A DNA stretch of 63,940 nt, filler included, from Octopus bimaculoides (taxonomy: Eukaryota): assembly GCF_001194135.2 (NCBI RefSeq). It is 3 parts of 3 records of this genome, joined end to end, with 100 filler letters (N's around TTAATTAATTAA, not from the genome) between each part and the next. Parts side by side here need not be neighbours in the genome. Positions count along the whole stretch, not along the records: positions 1 to 25,872 come from NC_068996.1; 2 more parts are not named here. One strand, written 5' to 3'. The position numbers and the translations under genes were made by a program. The notes beneath the pieces were generated by a model. The model saw only the letters and a program-made list of their open reading frames with translations. It searched no databases and was not told the DNA's origin. This document shows, one piece after another, positions 12,679-24,725 of the stretch; the first letter of the stretch is position 1, and each line of letters opens with the position of its first letter.

Positions 12679-13457
12679 AGTATGTAGTCCTACCTATCGA
12701 CTACATTTCAACTGTTCGCTTTGCATATTAAATAAAATATATTTGATAATTAAAGGTGTCTAATTACTTCCTGCATGTCTGTGTATACATATATATAGAT
12801 ACACACACACAAATATGTCTACATATGTACATACATGCAAATATATACATATATTCACACATACATACATATGTGTGTTTATATAGATATATATAAGAAC
12901 AAAAGCAAACAAAATCAATAAATATACTGACAGATGTGAAATTGTAATCAGCAACAATGAAACCAAGAGTTAAAATAAGTAGGTGACCTAATTGTTGGGT
13001 ATGCCCTAATTACTTTAAGGACTGGAAACCTATGTTAAACAAAAAGTAGGTGGCCACATGATTTTGTGGTAAGAATATTAGGCAATCACAGACAGCTAGG
13101 AATTGAAACCAGGTTGCCATATTTTGACAATCAGGATTTGTGATGGGGCATCAGGGACATCAGGGATGACTGAATTAGCACAAATGTAATTCAACTAAAA
13201 GTTGATCACATCACTAAATAAACTAACCATCTGGTGAACAGGATATGCTCAACTGTTGTTTTTGTACTCACATTTTTGTTGGGGGATGAGGGGTGAACAG
13301 GCAAACTATAAATAAAACTCTTTTACCACCTGCAGGCAGTGAATCACAATTGGCATGCTAGACACAACCATTCCCTTTTCCTGCCTCCTTATTGCTGATG
13401 ACAACATTTATTTGTTAATGATAAGAATAAATATTTTTCCATTTAAAATCTCAAACA

Positions 13458-14195
13458 GACTGAGTGGTATCTTTTTAGTTTCACTCACAGATTTTTTAGT
13501 TATATTTTTTTAAGTAAACAGTTTGAAACTTCGTATACTGGTGTAATTTCTCACACTGAACACAGTTTACTTTCAACATTTTTGGCAACATTTTGTGTTA
13601 AAGTTGTTGTATTTGGGTAATTTTAACCAATCAGTGACATGTATTCAGCTGAGTAAAGCTACTGCTGTTTGTGATAGTAATTGAAGATCAACAACTTCTG
13701 GGTTATCTTTACTAAATGTCACCACTCTGTTCTATTTTATTTTTGTTTACTGCATGCATTGCATATTACACGCTTTATTATTATTTTTTTTTTTGCTTTC
13801 CAATTGCCTCTTCGAACATTTGCCTTTTCACCACTTGTACAAAGAGGCAATCGAAAAGCAAAGAAAAAAAAGCAACACAGGCAGTAAACAAAAATAAAAT
13901 GGAACAGAGTAGTGACATTTAGTAGAGATGACCCAGAGGTTGTTGATCTTCGATTACTATCACAAACAGCAGTAGCTTTACTCAGCTGGATACACATTGT
14001 TGATTGATTAAAATTACCCAAATACGACAACTTTAACATGAAACAACTTCTAAACTATGAAATTTTGTCAAAAATGTTGCAAGTAAACTGTTCAGCGTGA
14101 GAAATTACACCAATATACGAAGTTTCAAACTGTTTAGTTAAAAAACAAAAGTAATTAAAAAATATGTGAGCAAAACTGAAGAGATCCACTTAGTG
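13458..14195. mobile_element. Foldback/MITE: ~350-bp inverted arms with a ~28-nt spacer
   Basis: tttgaaacttcgtatactggtgtaatttctcac versus gtgagaaattacaccaatatacgaagtttcaaa. Complementarity continues in to attgcctctt/aagaggcaat at 13803-13850. Confidence 0.85.
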
Positions 14196-14453
14196 TTCTT
14201 TCAGTCCAAATCATAACTTCATTGATGCATCCAAAGAAATATCCCAGTTTTGTGTATAAGGCTTAAAATAAAAATGCTTTTGTTTATTAACAAGAGAGAA
14301 ATACAAAACCATGTAACTTGTCCCTTCTGTATTTTTCAGAGTCAAAATCAGATGAAATCACTTGCACTAAAGTGTACTCACAGTTTCAAAAAAATTGAAT
14401 TTAAAAATTCTGTCCTTCTTAGATTCCTTTTGGGATCTTTGTGGTTATTGTCA

Positions 14454-14585
14454 CTCTTTTACTTGTTTCAGTCATTTGACTGTGGCCGTGCTGGAGCACC
14501 GCCTTTAGTCGAGCAAATCGACCCCAGGGCTTATTCTTTGTAAGCCTAGTACTTATTCTATCGGTCTCTTTTGCTGAACCGCTAA
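14454..14585 (-). mobile_element. SINE family A 3' fragment
   Basis: Reverse complement of 56530-56665. Confidence 0.85.
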
Positions 14586-14801
14586 ATTCATAAATAAAAA
14601 GTTATTAGCCTTTAAACTTTTCAAAATTTGCGTATTTTAGCCAATCAGAAGTGAATATTTTACACATCACTGTGAAGTTCTGTTAGCATAGTAAGCAAAG
14701 AAGCACCATGAATCCCATAGCTGATTGCGAAGAACTCTGTTTCCATAGTAACCAAAGATGCTGTGCATGCGCACAAGGAGTGTAACCACTGAATCAAGTG
14801 T

Positions 14802-14978
14802 AATCAACAAATTGAGAGCACCTGGACATCTTTAAAGCGTGAAAACAATCACTGGTGTGGGACACACCATTCCATGATTGCCTCTTATCTTTGGGAATTT
14901 ATGTGGAGAAGAAAATATGAGAAAGATAATTTATTTTATAAAATCCCAGAGTTTATTGTTCTTGAGTTTTTTAACTAA
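14802..14978 (+). mobile_element. Merlin (IS1595/IS1016-like) transposase C-terminal fragment
   Basis: QQIESTWTSLKRENNHWCGTHHSMIASYLWEFMWRRKY fits the Merlin TQxIExxW..KR....SYLxEFxWRR pattern. Confidence 0.75.
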
Positions 14979-15504
14979 TAAATGTCTGTTTTAAGCAATG
15001 TTTTGACTGTTATTTCTAGCAACTCCTATGGGTTTGCTCATATCTTTTAAATATTTAATTTGCCTGCAAATCTTTTTCTTTTTTTCTTTACTGTTTACTG
15101 CCACTAGTTTAATGTTTTGATATGCCATGCGCCCACCCCCCGCTTGCTATTGTGACAGCTGATGAAAGAGGCAGTGAATGCACTGTTTTCTAATTGAAAA
15201 TTATCAGACATGAAAATTATCAAACTTTGAACACCTGTCACATTTTCCCAAACATTTTCTAGAATAAATGAATAACAAATTCAGATTCATCTATATGATA
15301 CATTAAAAAACATTTTAAAGATTTCAACAAGCAGTGACGATAACCATGAAGATCCTCCTTTTGCACAATAATGGTTCTTTCCATCAGCAATTTTCTTCTC
15401 CAATTTTCCAGCTGACCTCTGTCTTTAAACACATTTTGGTTTTTACATTGTCTGATGTTTAGTCTCCAGTCTCTCATAAATTTTTTGGAGGTACTAAATT
15501 CTCT

Positions 15505-15750
15505 TGTTGTTGTTGTTGGCACTCCATCGCTTACGACATCGAGGGTTCCTGTTGAGCCAATCAATGGGACAGTCTGCTCGTGAAATTAACGTGCAAGTGG
15601 CTGAGCACTCCACAGACACATGTACCCTTAACGTAGTTCTCGGGGAGATTCAGCGTGACACAGAGTGAGACAAGGCTGACCCTTTGAATTACAGGCACAA
15701 CAGAAACAGGAAGTAAGAGTGAGAGAAAGTTGTGGTGAAAGCTGCAGGGA
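15505..15750 (-). mobile_element. SINE family C copy with (AAC)n tail
   Basis: gtgaaattaacgtgcaagtggctgagcactccacagacac shared with 1040-1080 and 59225-59260. Confidence 0.75.
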
Positions 15751-16246
15751 ACCTTGTGGAGCCCTAACCACTGGGCCATTGCGCCTCCACAAATTCTCTT
15801 GTTACACTACAGTTATTTGTCTTCTTGGTATCTTCAATTACTTTTAGTTTGAATACTGTGGTATGCATATTTTTTGTCTGTGACAGGTGTACTAGTACGT
15901 ACCAATCATTCAGAGATAAAATACTCATAGTGATTATACTGCTCAATGTATTTGATCTGCTAAAACATAAAAAATGATGCTGGGTGTATTTTTTATCACA
16001 TCAATTATAATAAAGTAATTACAGTACTTCTCTGATAATAAACCTGAGAAATCTGTAGCCTAACATTTATGTGAAAAATACATTAAAATACATTATGGGG
16101 CAAAAATTAATTTTTCTACTGTAATATATAGGATAATCCTTCAACCGACAAATGTTGATCTATCACTGTGAACATTAAGGTTAACTTTTACTGAAATTAC
16201 AGGGAAAATCCCACAAAATAGGACATTTTAAAAATGAGATTCCCTT

Positions 16247-16388
16247 CATGGCCATGTGGTAAAAAGCTTGCTGCCCAACCATCTTAAGATCAGTCTCACA
16301 GTTATTCATCTTGGGCAAGTGTCTTCTGCTATAGCTCTTGGCTGTTGTATTTGGCTAATGGAAACTGAAAGATGCCTGTCAGCCTGTC

Positions 16389-16464
<76 letters not shown>

Positions 16465-16470
16465 ACACAC
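16247..16470 (+). mobile_element. Degenerate SINE family A 5' half with internal microsatellite
   Basis: ttgggcaagtgtcttctgctatagc..ggaaactgaaag..cgtatatata. Confidence 0.7.
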
Positions 16471-16799
16471 AAACAAACATAAACATTTATGTAATATTGA
16501 TGTAATTGCTGGTTGCTATGGCTGGTCAGAAAGTTATTATTTGTTTCATATCTATTATTGCTCTCAATAATATAGGTGATTAAGCAGACCTGCTAGCCTG
16601 AGACACATAACCTCTTTGCTAATGATGGTAAGACTACAATCTTTGTCAGCAAGTTTATGAAGAAACCCCTGAAATGAAATTCTTCAAAGCAAAATCCTCC
16701 TTCTGGGTGAGATGGAGTTATCTTGCTTAATCAGTTCTTGCTGTCTCTGAAACAGGTCAGTTAATGTACAATTACTGTTTACTAATCAGCAAGTGTGGA

Positions 16800-17705
16800 A
16801 ATCCATGTCTCCAACATGAATTTTCTCTCGTGAAGGGCAATGACTAAACTTTTCACTGTTAGAATGTAAGAGAGCTTCTGGGTTCAGCAAAATTTCTAGG
16901 ATTTTTGCCCTCTCAACAAGCAAAGTTTGTATCATCTGCCTCTGTTGAGGAATGGTCCAGGCTGTTCCAGGAGCTTCTATTTAATCTTGTATGGTGTACC
17001 CTCTTCTTTTAAATACCACATATAGTTGGCTAAAGACATAATGTCGTGTCTTTCTGGGATCTTAAAGGAGACCCTGTTGTTATACTGTTTCTTCTGCTAT
17101 TGCTGCTGTTATTGTTGGACATGTTCCTGGGGCTGTTGCTGCTGCTGTTGTTGCTGTTGCTGATATTCATGCTGTCATTGCTGTTGTTACTGCTGAGTGC
17201 GCTGTTGGCGCTGCTGTTGTTGTTACTGCTGTTGCTGCATTTAATGGTGGACACCACCTCTGCTTCATAGACCATGGCCTTAGAGTTGCATCAACCACTC
17301 ACTTGGCATTCACTGCTAATCCTATATTAACATCCTGCAGCTGTGTGAGCTTTAGGGACATTCACAAAAATCTTTTTAACATTAGGTACACAACTAAATG
17401 AGACCCTGAAGTTGTGTCTATTAAATAATCGTCCATGTCTATAGGATTACGGGAAATGCTTGTCCACTAATTTAGGGAATATCTATCCCATGCATGTCTT
17501 GATGTTGAGTGAGAATGGTGGGGGAAAAACGAAATGACTTTACAGCAGTAGCTTTCTTTTGTGGGTGTAAGGTCCTGGCATAAAAGAAATGTATTCTTTA
17601 TAACCACTGCCAAAGTCTCATTGTAATAGGGGGCTGCAGCTTCAAAAAAATTTTTTATTCAAGGACAGGTTTGAAATCCTCTTTCTGACACCTTTCACCA
17701 GGTTC
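16800..17705 (-). mobile_element. Penelope-like element linker plus GIY-YIG endonuclease relic
   Basis: RKRISNLS..FEAAAPYYNETL..PPFSLNIKT..VDKHFP..LFNRHNFRVSFSC.PN..VYEAEV, then YNNRVSFK..LANYMWYLK..YKLCLL. Confidence 0.8.
17090..17240. repeat. (CTG/TTG)n trinucleotide tract inside the GIY-YIG region
   Basis: Degenerate CTG/TTG run. It explains the poly-L and poly-N/S ORFs. Confidence 0.85.
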
Positions 17706-17736
17706 TTGAAAAGTTAACAATGGTAAGATTGATCAC

Positions 17737-17770
<34 letters not shown>

Positions 17771-17774
<4 letters not shown>

Positions 17775-18487
17775 TCTTTGAGGAAGAAGTTGGTTTCTAA
17801 CAAAGATACAAAACTATCATTGGGATCTAGATAATAAAAAAACAATACCACATTTTAAAGTTGATTGAGTAAAGTCCTGTATATTTTTACTGTTCCACTT
17901 ACAGATTGTATTTGTAATTTATGAATCAGTTGGTTGATTTCTCTTTCTGAGAACTTTTGCTTATCCACAATGTTGATTAGGCATTTACTCATAATTCTAA
18001 GTGCCCCAATTATTATTCATTTAAGTGTGAATTTAGAATTTGAGTATAAACGCTAGATATTTCAAAGCATTTGTACATAGTTATTCTCTTTCACTTTGAT
18101 TTCCAAAGATATATTCACATCAGCAGGACAGCTGACCTCCATGATGACACATCCTTTTTCTTTTCTGTCCCAAATAACAATATCTGGCCTGTTATGCTTA
18201 CACTTGACAGATGTTTTGATGGCAATGTTCTCTAGTATTACTTGTGATGTCGTTTGTGTACTTATTCAATAACAGGGGGATTTTCTGTATTTATTCCATA
18301 ACAATCTTTTTCTCTCCGGATGGCATTGCATATTGTTTTTGCAACAACATCATGTTGCATTGGGAAGTAGTACCTTGATGACATTTTAGGGCAGGTACTA
18401 ATTACATGTGTCATGTCTTTCACAGAAATATGACATAATGTACATTTACAGTTGCATCTTGGAACTCCAATGGCTTCACTGTCTCAT
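17771..18487 (-). mobile_element. R4-clade retrotransposon 3' fragment (zinc knuckle, REL, UTR)
   Basis: CKCTLCHISVKDMTHVISTCPKMSSRYYFPMQHDVVAK..KHNRPDIVIWD..MEVSCPAD..LQIQSVSGTVKI. The 5' end abuts CATACATACATA. Confidence 0.85.
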
Positions 18488-18660
18488 TCTTTTAATTATG
18501 TATGTATGTCCTTAGGGATTGCACCAGCCCTCCAGAAGTTTGGTCTGCAATGTTTGCAGTCGTGTATGCTTGTCAAGAGCATGCAAAATATAAGTTAGTC
18601 CTAGAGCGCACAATGTTCCTGAAGGTCAGCAATGGTCTTCCTCGGTCACGAGTGGATGGC

Positions 18661-18693
<33 letters not shown>

Positions 18694-19035
18694 GTATGTA
18701 TGTATGTATGTTTGTGCATGTGTATATATATATGTGTGTGTACATGTATGTATGCATGTATGTATGTTCATATGCATGAAGATACAAAGATCCATTTTTT
18801 GAATGTAGATAACAAAAACAATGTCACATTTTAAACCTGAGGGAAAGTCCCACATATTTTCACTGTTCTGCTTTACAGATTTTATTCGTAATGTGTAAGA
18901 TCAGATGGTTGACTTCTTTTTCTGAAAACCCTAGCTTATCTACATTGTTACTTAGACTTTTACTTACAAAACTAAACACACTAATTTCTATTGGTATAAA
19001 TGTGAATTTATAATCTTTCTATAGAAGCTGCAAGG

Positions 19036-19575
19036 CATAGGTTCTCAAAGTTGATGCTACCGCCCCCTGGTGGGCATTGAGATGGTTCAGGTGGGCGCTG
19101 GTGCGTAAGGGAGTGGTGGTAGGGTAGAGAAAAAGGAGGTGTTGAGAAGAATGCAGTAGATTGGGGGTTGCTATGAATTTATTATATTATTATATTATTG
19201 TATACAAATTATAAAATATTCTTTTCTACTCTAGGGGAGGGGGCCAGTTGATTAGATTGACCCCAGTGCACAACTGGTACTTAATTTATTGACCCTGAAA
19301 GGATGAAAGGCAAAGTCGACATTGGCGGAATTTGAACTCGGAACATAAAGACAGACGAAATACTGCTAAGCATTTTGCCCAGTATGCTAACGATTCTGCC
19401 AACTCACCACCTTGCAAGTTAATAATATTACATTAAATATCAAATGATTCATAGTATATATAAATTAGTAAAATATAAAATATTTATTTATACGTAAAAA
19501 TAAGGGTGGGGGCACTGAGAATATTATGTGGCTACGAAGGTGGGGGCAGTGGCCCAAAATATTTGAGAACTTCTG
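19036..19575. mobile_element. hAT-type MITE with 14-bp TIRs and a degenerate 8-bp TSD
   Basis: TIRs CATAGGTTCTCAAA and TTTGAGAACTTCTG. Flanks CTGCAAGG (19028-35) and CTGTAAGC (19576-83). Confidence 0.8.
19214..19413 (-). mobile_element. SINE family B nested in the hAT MITE
   Basis: Reverse complement of the 12300 family. Confidence 0.85.
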
Positions 19576-19632
19576 CTGTAAGCTTTGAAACAGCTGTAGT
19601 TTTCTGTTTTCACTTTGATTTTTGAAGGTATA

Positions 19633-20053
19633 GGTGCAGGAGTGGCTGTGTGGTAAGTAGCTTGCTTACCAACCACATGGTCATGGGTTCAGTCCCACTG
19701 CGTGGCATCTTGGGCAAGTGTCTTCTACTATAGCCTCAGGCCGACCAAAGCCTTGTGAGTGGATTTGGTAGACGGAAACTGAAAGAAGCCCGTCATATAT
19801 ATGTATATGTATATATATGTGTGTGTGTGTGTGTTTGTGTGTCTGTGTTTGTCCCCCTAGCATTGCTTGACAACCGATGCTGGTGTGTTTATGTCCCCCG
19901 TAACTTAGTGGTTTGGCAAAAGAGACCAATAGAATAAGTTCTAGGCTTACAAAGAACAAGTGCTGAGGTCAATTTGCTTGACTAAAGGTGGTGCCCCAGC
20001 ATGGCCGCAGTCAAATGACTGAAACAAGTAAAAGAGTAAAAAGAGTAAAAGAG
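19633..20053 (+). mobile_element. Full-length SINE family A (tRNA-like head, internal (TA)n(TG)n, (GTAAAAGA)n tail)
   Basis: GGTGCAGGAGTGGCTGTGTGGTAAG..GGTTCAGTCCC..GAAAGAAGCCCGTC(TA)n(TG)n..ATGACTGAAACAAGTAAAAGAG. Confidence 0.9.
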
Positions 20054-20729
20054 TATACACATTTTTTTTATGAATGTCTCATACAAGAATATCCAGCCTC
20101 TTATGTTAACACTTTTGATGGGAATGATTCACCAGTATTTCTTGTGTTGATGTTTATGCATGTATTCAATAACAAGGGAAGGGTCCTGGATCTCTATATT
20201 TATTCCAGGAAAGCTTTTATTTTTTGGCAACATTGTATTATTCTTTTAGCAATAACATGTTGCATTGGGAGGTAGTATCTTGATATTTTGGGGGAAGCTG
20301 CTGAACATGTACGTAATGTCTGCTATAGAAATATGACATAACTTGCATTTTCAGTTGCATGTAGGGAATCAAGGGGCTTTACTGTCTTTTATTGTTTGCC
20401 AGGTATTTTGAAGCAATCTCCTGTTCTTGGATTCCAAATGTGCAAATGCGTATCCTTTCAAGTGTGATGTGATCTTGTGGCCCAAGAGCGGTTGCACTTC
20501 TTGTTGATATAACTGTCATCTTCATGTTTTAAGTATGTATGCATATATTTAAGTTGGTATGCAGGTAGATCTGTTTGCATGTAGCCAGGTAGATAGATAG
20601 GTAGGTAGGTAGGTGGCTAGCTGTGTAAGTATAAAGCTAGATAAATTTGTGTTGCTACACACATGTATGTTGTTGCATATGTGAATCTTTAAGAATGCAA
20701 ACATTTAAGAATGCAAACATTTAGCACCA

Positions 20730-22010
20730 CTATCGGTACCACTGGCACCAGCACCAACAAAATCACCACCACCACCACCACCACCACCACCGCCGCCATC
20801 GCCACCACNNNNNNNNNNNNNNNNNNNNNNNNNNNNNNNNNNNNNNNNNNNNNNNNNNNNNNNNNNNNNNNNNNNNNNNNNNNNNNNNNNNNNNNNNNNN
20901 NNNNNNNNNNNNNNNNNNNNNNNNNNNNNNNNNNNNNNNNNNNNNNNNNNNNNNNNNNNNNNNNNNNNNNNNNNNNNNNNNNNNNNNNNNNNNNNNNNNN
21001 NNNNNNNNNNNNNNNNNNNNNNNNNNNNNNNNNNNNNNNNNNNNNNNNNNNNNNNNNNNNNNNNNNNNNNNNNNNNNNNNNNNNNNNNNNNNNNNNNNNN
21101 NNNNNNNNNNNNNNNNNNNNNNNNNNNNNNNNNNNNNNNNNNNNNNNNNNNNNNNNNNNNNNNNNNNNNNNNNNNNNNNNNNNNNNNNNNNNNNNNNNNN
21201 NNNNNNNNNNNNNNNNNNNNNNNNNNNNNNNNNNNNNNNNNNNNNNNNNNNNNNNNNNNNNNNNNNNNNNNNNNNNNNNNNNNNNNNNNNNNNNNNNNNN
21301 NNNNNNNNNNNNNNNNNNNNNNNNNNNNNNNNNNNNNNNNCTACCACTGCTGCTGCTACCACTGCTGCCACTACCGCTGCTGCTGCTACCACTGCTGCTG
21401 CTACCACTGCTGCCGCTACTGCTGCTGCCGCTATCACTGCAGCCACTACCACTGCTGCCATTACTGCCACTGCTGCTACTGCTGCTGTGGCTACCACTGT
21501 TGCCACTGCTGCTTTGGCTACCATTGCTGCTGCTACTACTACTGTTGCTGCTGCTGCCACTACCCTTGCTGCTTCCACAACCACTGCTCCCACTGTGGTC
21601 AGTTCTGCTGCAGCCTCTACTGCTGCTGCTACCATTGCTGCCACTACTACTACCACCACTTCTGCTGCCACTGCCATTGCAGCCTCTATTGCAGCTTCTA
21701 TTGCAGCTACTGCCACTGCCACTGGCTTTCGTTGCTTGCACAACTACTGTAGCTACTCCTGCCACTACCATTGCTGCATCTACTGCTGCTACTGCCTCTT
21801 TCACAGTAGTTCCTGCTGCCACTGCTTTCGCTAATTTTTCCACAGCTCCCTCTGCTACCTTTGCATATACCTTCGCTTATACTGCTGCTGCTGCTGCTGC
21901 TGCCAATGTTGCCATTCTGCTTCTGTTGCCACTACTGCCATCACTTCTGCTACTCCCCCTTCTGTCATTGCCACCACTTCTGCTGCTGCTTCCACTGCCA
22001 CAAATGCTGC
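20730..22010. repeat. (ACC)n and degenerate (CTG/CTA/CCA)n low-complexity tract spanning a 532-N gap
   Basis: Trinucleotide-derived sequence open in several frames on both strands. Confidence 0.85.
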
Positions 22011-22033
22011 CTGACCCAAGTATTATAGAGGTT

Positions 22034-22262
22034 TTAACCCTTTCAGTATCAACCCGCAAGACACAACCCTTGACTTTATGATATAAACCTTTTGCTTTAA
22101 AGTGTTCTAGATTAAAACCTTCCACCAAAATTTCATGTTAATTTACATTTCCAACATCAGCTTAATAACGACAAAGTCTTTTTACTGAATTCTTTATTTT
22201 CAAAATGAATTGAAACAAAAGCAGTGTATCTCAACAGAAATATGGTAAAAAAAATGTGTTAA
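22034..22262. mobile_element. TTAA-bounded piggyBac-like MITE (degenerate right end)
   Basis: TTAACCCTTTCAG...GGTAAAAAAAATGTGTTAA. Confidence 0.45.
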
Positions 22263-22639
22263 ATCTCCTAATTTCTTTCAGAACAACTAGAAATAATTCT
22301 CATATCTAATTTATATACAGTCTTTTTTTTTTTAACAAGATTGGTTATAAATTATCTCTTTGCTTGTAGGGTTAAATAACAGCTTCTATTACCATACAGC
22401 TATTCTAACAGAACCCACGTGGATCAGCACTGTATCATGGCTATGGAATATGTGTTAATCAGAGATTCCAAGCACTAGGACAGTGGGAACTTAGTCACCT
22501 GATGTAACTGGGATGAGCTGCTTAGATGCAGTGCTTGAATGATGATGATTTGACATGGGTGACTAGACATTCAGCCTGTTTTGCTGGAAGCAAACATAGT
22601 CTAGCAATTACAAGAAATATACTCATACAGACTCATAGA

Positions 22640-22773
22640 CGGATGGACGGACGGACGGACGGACGGATAGAAGGATGGATGGATGGATGGATGGATGGAT
22701 GGATGGATGGACGGTCTATGCACAGACAGACTGATAGAGGGAGAAATGGACTGATTAATTTATCAATAGACAA

Positions 22774-22810
<37 letters not shown>

Positions 22811-22831
22811 TAGATAGACAGACAGACAGAC

Positions 22832-22897
<66 letters not shown>

Positions 22898-23082
22898 GTG
22901 GGTTGGTAGATAGATAGATAGATAGGCAGACAGACAGACAGACAGACAGACAGCCATACCAGCCAGCCAGCCAGACAGACAGACAGATAGATAGAGAAAG
23001 AGAGAGAGAGAGAGAGAAAGAAAGAGAGAAAAAGAGTGGGGGAGAGAGAGAAAGAGAGAGAAAGAGAGTGGGAGAGAGAGAC
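22640..23082. repeat. Compound microsatellite (GGAC)(GGAT)(GATA)(GACA)(GA)
   Basis: Seen directly. Confidence 0.95.
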
Positions 23083-23483
23083 ATTACAATTTATTAATTG
23101 AACATGATTGACCTAAACACTTTCCCTCTCCTCATAAACAGAAAAGGAAATATCATCACAAGGAAGGGAAGAGGGATAAGGAGAGAGAATAGGAGAGAAA
23201 AGAAAAAGAGAGAGGGAGAGAAACATTAAAAAGCTTAATGTCAAATAAGTCAGCATCAAATCAATGATTTCATATGATTGTCACTCTTGTTGATTTCGAT
23301 ATACGAGTGTTTGAAGGAGAAAAAGAAAGACGACTTTAAAAATAAAAGGAGCTTGTGATGGATGCATGAATGTAATTTGAGTTCAGGCGTGGATTTTGAT
23401 ATAAAGGTGCAATAGGAATGTTGGTAATTTTGATTTTACCTGAGATTGGACAAGTGTGTCTGTTGATTGCAGGATATAGTTCT

Positions 23484-23745
23484 TTAATTGTTCTTTTTCT
23501 TCAACTCAAATTGTTTTGATGCATCATGACACATTTTATGCCATGCAGATTGATCAAAGCAATGACTTTCACAAGATGTCAAATTAAGCTGTAGAGACTT
23601 TTGTGATTTCTTCAACTTATCCTTAGGCATAAAGATAAGTCTTCCTTTACTGCAGTATCCCTCTACTTGTTGGTCATACAAAAGTATTTCACATTCCACC
23701 ATCATATGTGTGTTTACGCAGCACAAATGCAGTTTATGTGGCACT
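23484..23745 (-). mobile_element. RTE (BovB-like) LINE C-terminal fragment
   Basis: ILLYDQQVEGYCSKGR..KDKLKKSQKSL..ESHCFDQSAWHKMCH matches the RTE LYGxLxxGxRxxG..KDxLK..DRxxWR pattern. Confidence 0.7.
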
Positions 23746-23789
23746 GGCACCTGTAAAGGACAAGCCTGTATGTATGGATGACAGTGATT

Positions 23790-24725
23790 TTACTTGGCTT
23801 GACGCTATAACTCCTGGTTCCTTGTCATTTTCTCAGTGAGGCCACTTTGTCCCATGTCTTCCTAGGCCTACCCCTTCCACAGGTTCCCTCCACAATTGGA
23901 GATCAGCACTTCTTTAAGCATCTGTCCTCATCCATACACATCACATGACCAAACCAGCACAGTCTTCTCTCTTGCACACAACATCTGATGCCTCTTATAT
24001 CCAATTTTCTTCTTAAATCATTTACACTCTGTTGTGAAAGCACACAAACATTACCCATCCAGCAAAGCATGCTAGCTTCATTTCTTTCAAGCCGTTGCAA
24101 GTCCTCTGTAGTCAAAGCCCATGTTACTTGGTTACCTAGGTAACAAAAGCTATCAACTACTTCTATGTATTCTCCCAAGTATTTGAGGAAGTCTGCTGTC
24201 AGTGTATTTTTAGTGCTTATTGTATTCGCACATTCACCACACACAAAGACTATATTCTTTGTTAACCTTTCTATGATACCGCCACACCATTTAAGTATCC
24301 AAAGCTTGAACTGGTTGCAACATATGGAGTTTCTACAAACACATTTCTTACATGTTGAGCATATCAATTATCCACCCAGTGGAGCATGCTAGCTTTATTT
24401 CTTTCAACTCTTTGCAAGTCCTCTGCCATAACAACCCATGTCTCACTGCCATGTAGCATAGTTGTACATACACAGGCATCATGCAATCTGCCTTTCACCC
24501 TGAGACAGAGGCCCTTAGTTACCAACAAAGATAGAAACTCTCTGAATTTTGCCCAGCCTGTTCTTATTCTTGCAACTAAACTTTAAGAATTTCCTCCTCC
24601 ACTCCTAACTAGGTCACCTAGGTAACAAAAGTTATTTACTACACCTAATGATCCTTCCCCTCACTGAGCATTTGAGGAAGTCTATTGTCTGTGCGTCTGT
24701 TGATGAGTAATCTTCTGGTCCTTCA
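23790..24725 (-). mobile_element. Two juxtaposed pieces of the PHD-bearing RTE LINE
   Basis: 23903-24367 reads CSTCKKCVCRNSICC..FVCGEC..VVDSFCYLG/WAL..LERNEASML..QERRLCWFGHV. 24375-24725 carries the WAKFRE..MLHGSETW segment missing from the first piece. Confidence 0.85.

Larger units (their letters stand above)
18778..20530 (-). mobile_element. R4-clade retrotransposon fragment split by three nested insertions
   Basis: IQEQEIASKY..CKLCHISIADIT..RYYLPMQH (20.2-20.5 kb), KIKVKTENY (19590-19625), DYKFTFIPI..DKLGFSEKE..TVKICGTF (18840-19027). Both ends lie in (TATG)n. Confidence 0.8.

Noticed and set aside
15259-15500. 101-aa minus-strand ORF, possibly a pogo/CENP-B HTH relic
   Set aside because: Its N-terminus is SINE sequence and the remainder lacks enough diagnostic residues.
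20689-22081. Long ORFs (384, 456 and 326 aa) resembling mucin or poly-Ala/Ser proteins
   Set aside because: About 40% N. The rest is degenerate trinucleotide repeat, open in several frames on both strands, with a frameshift near 21780.
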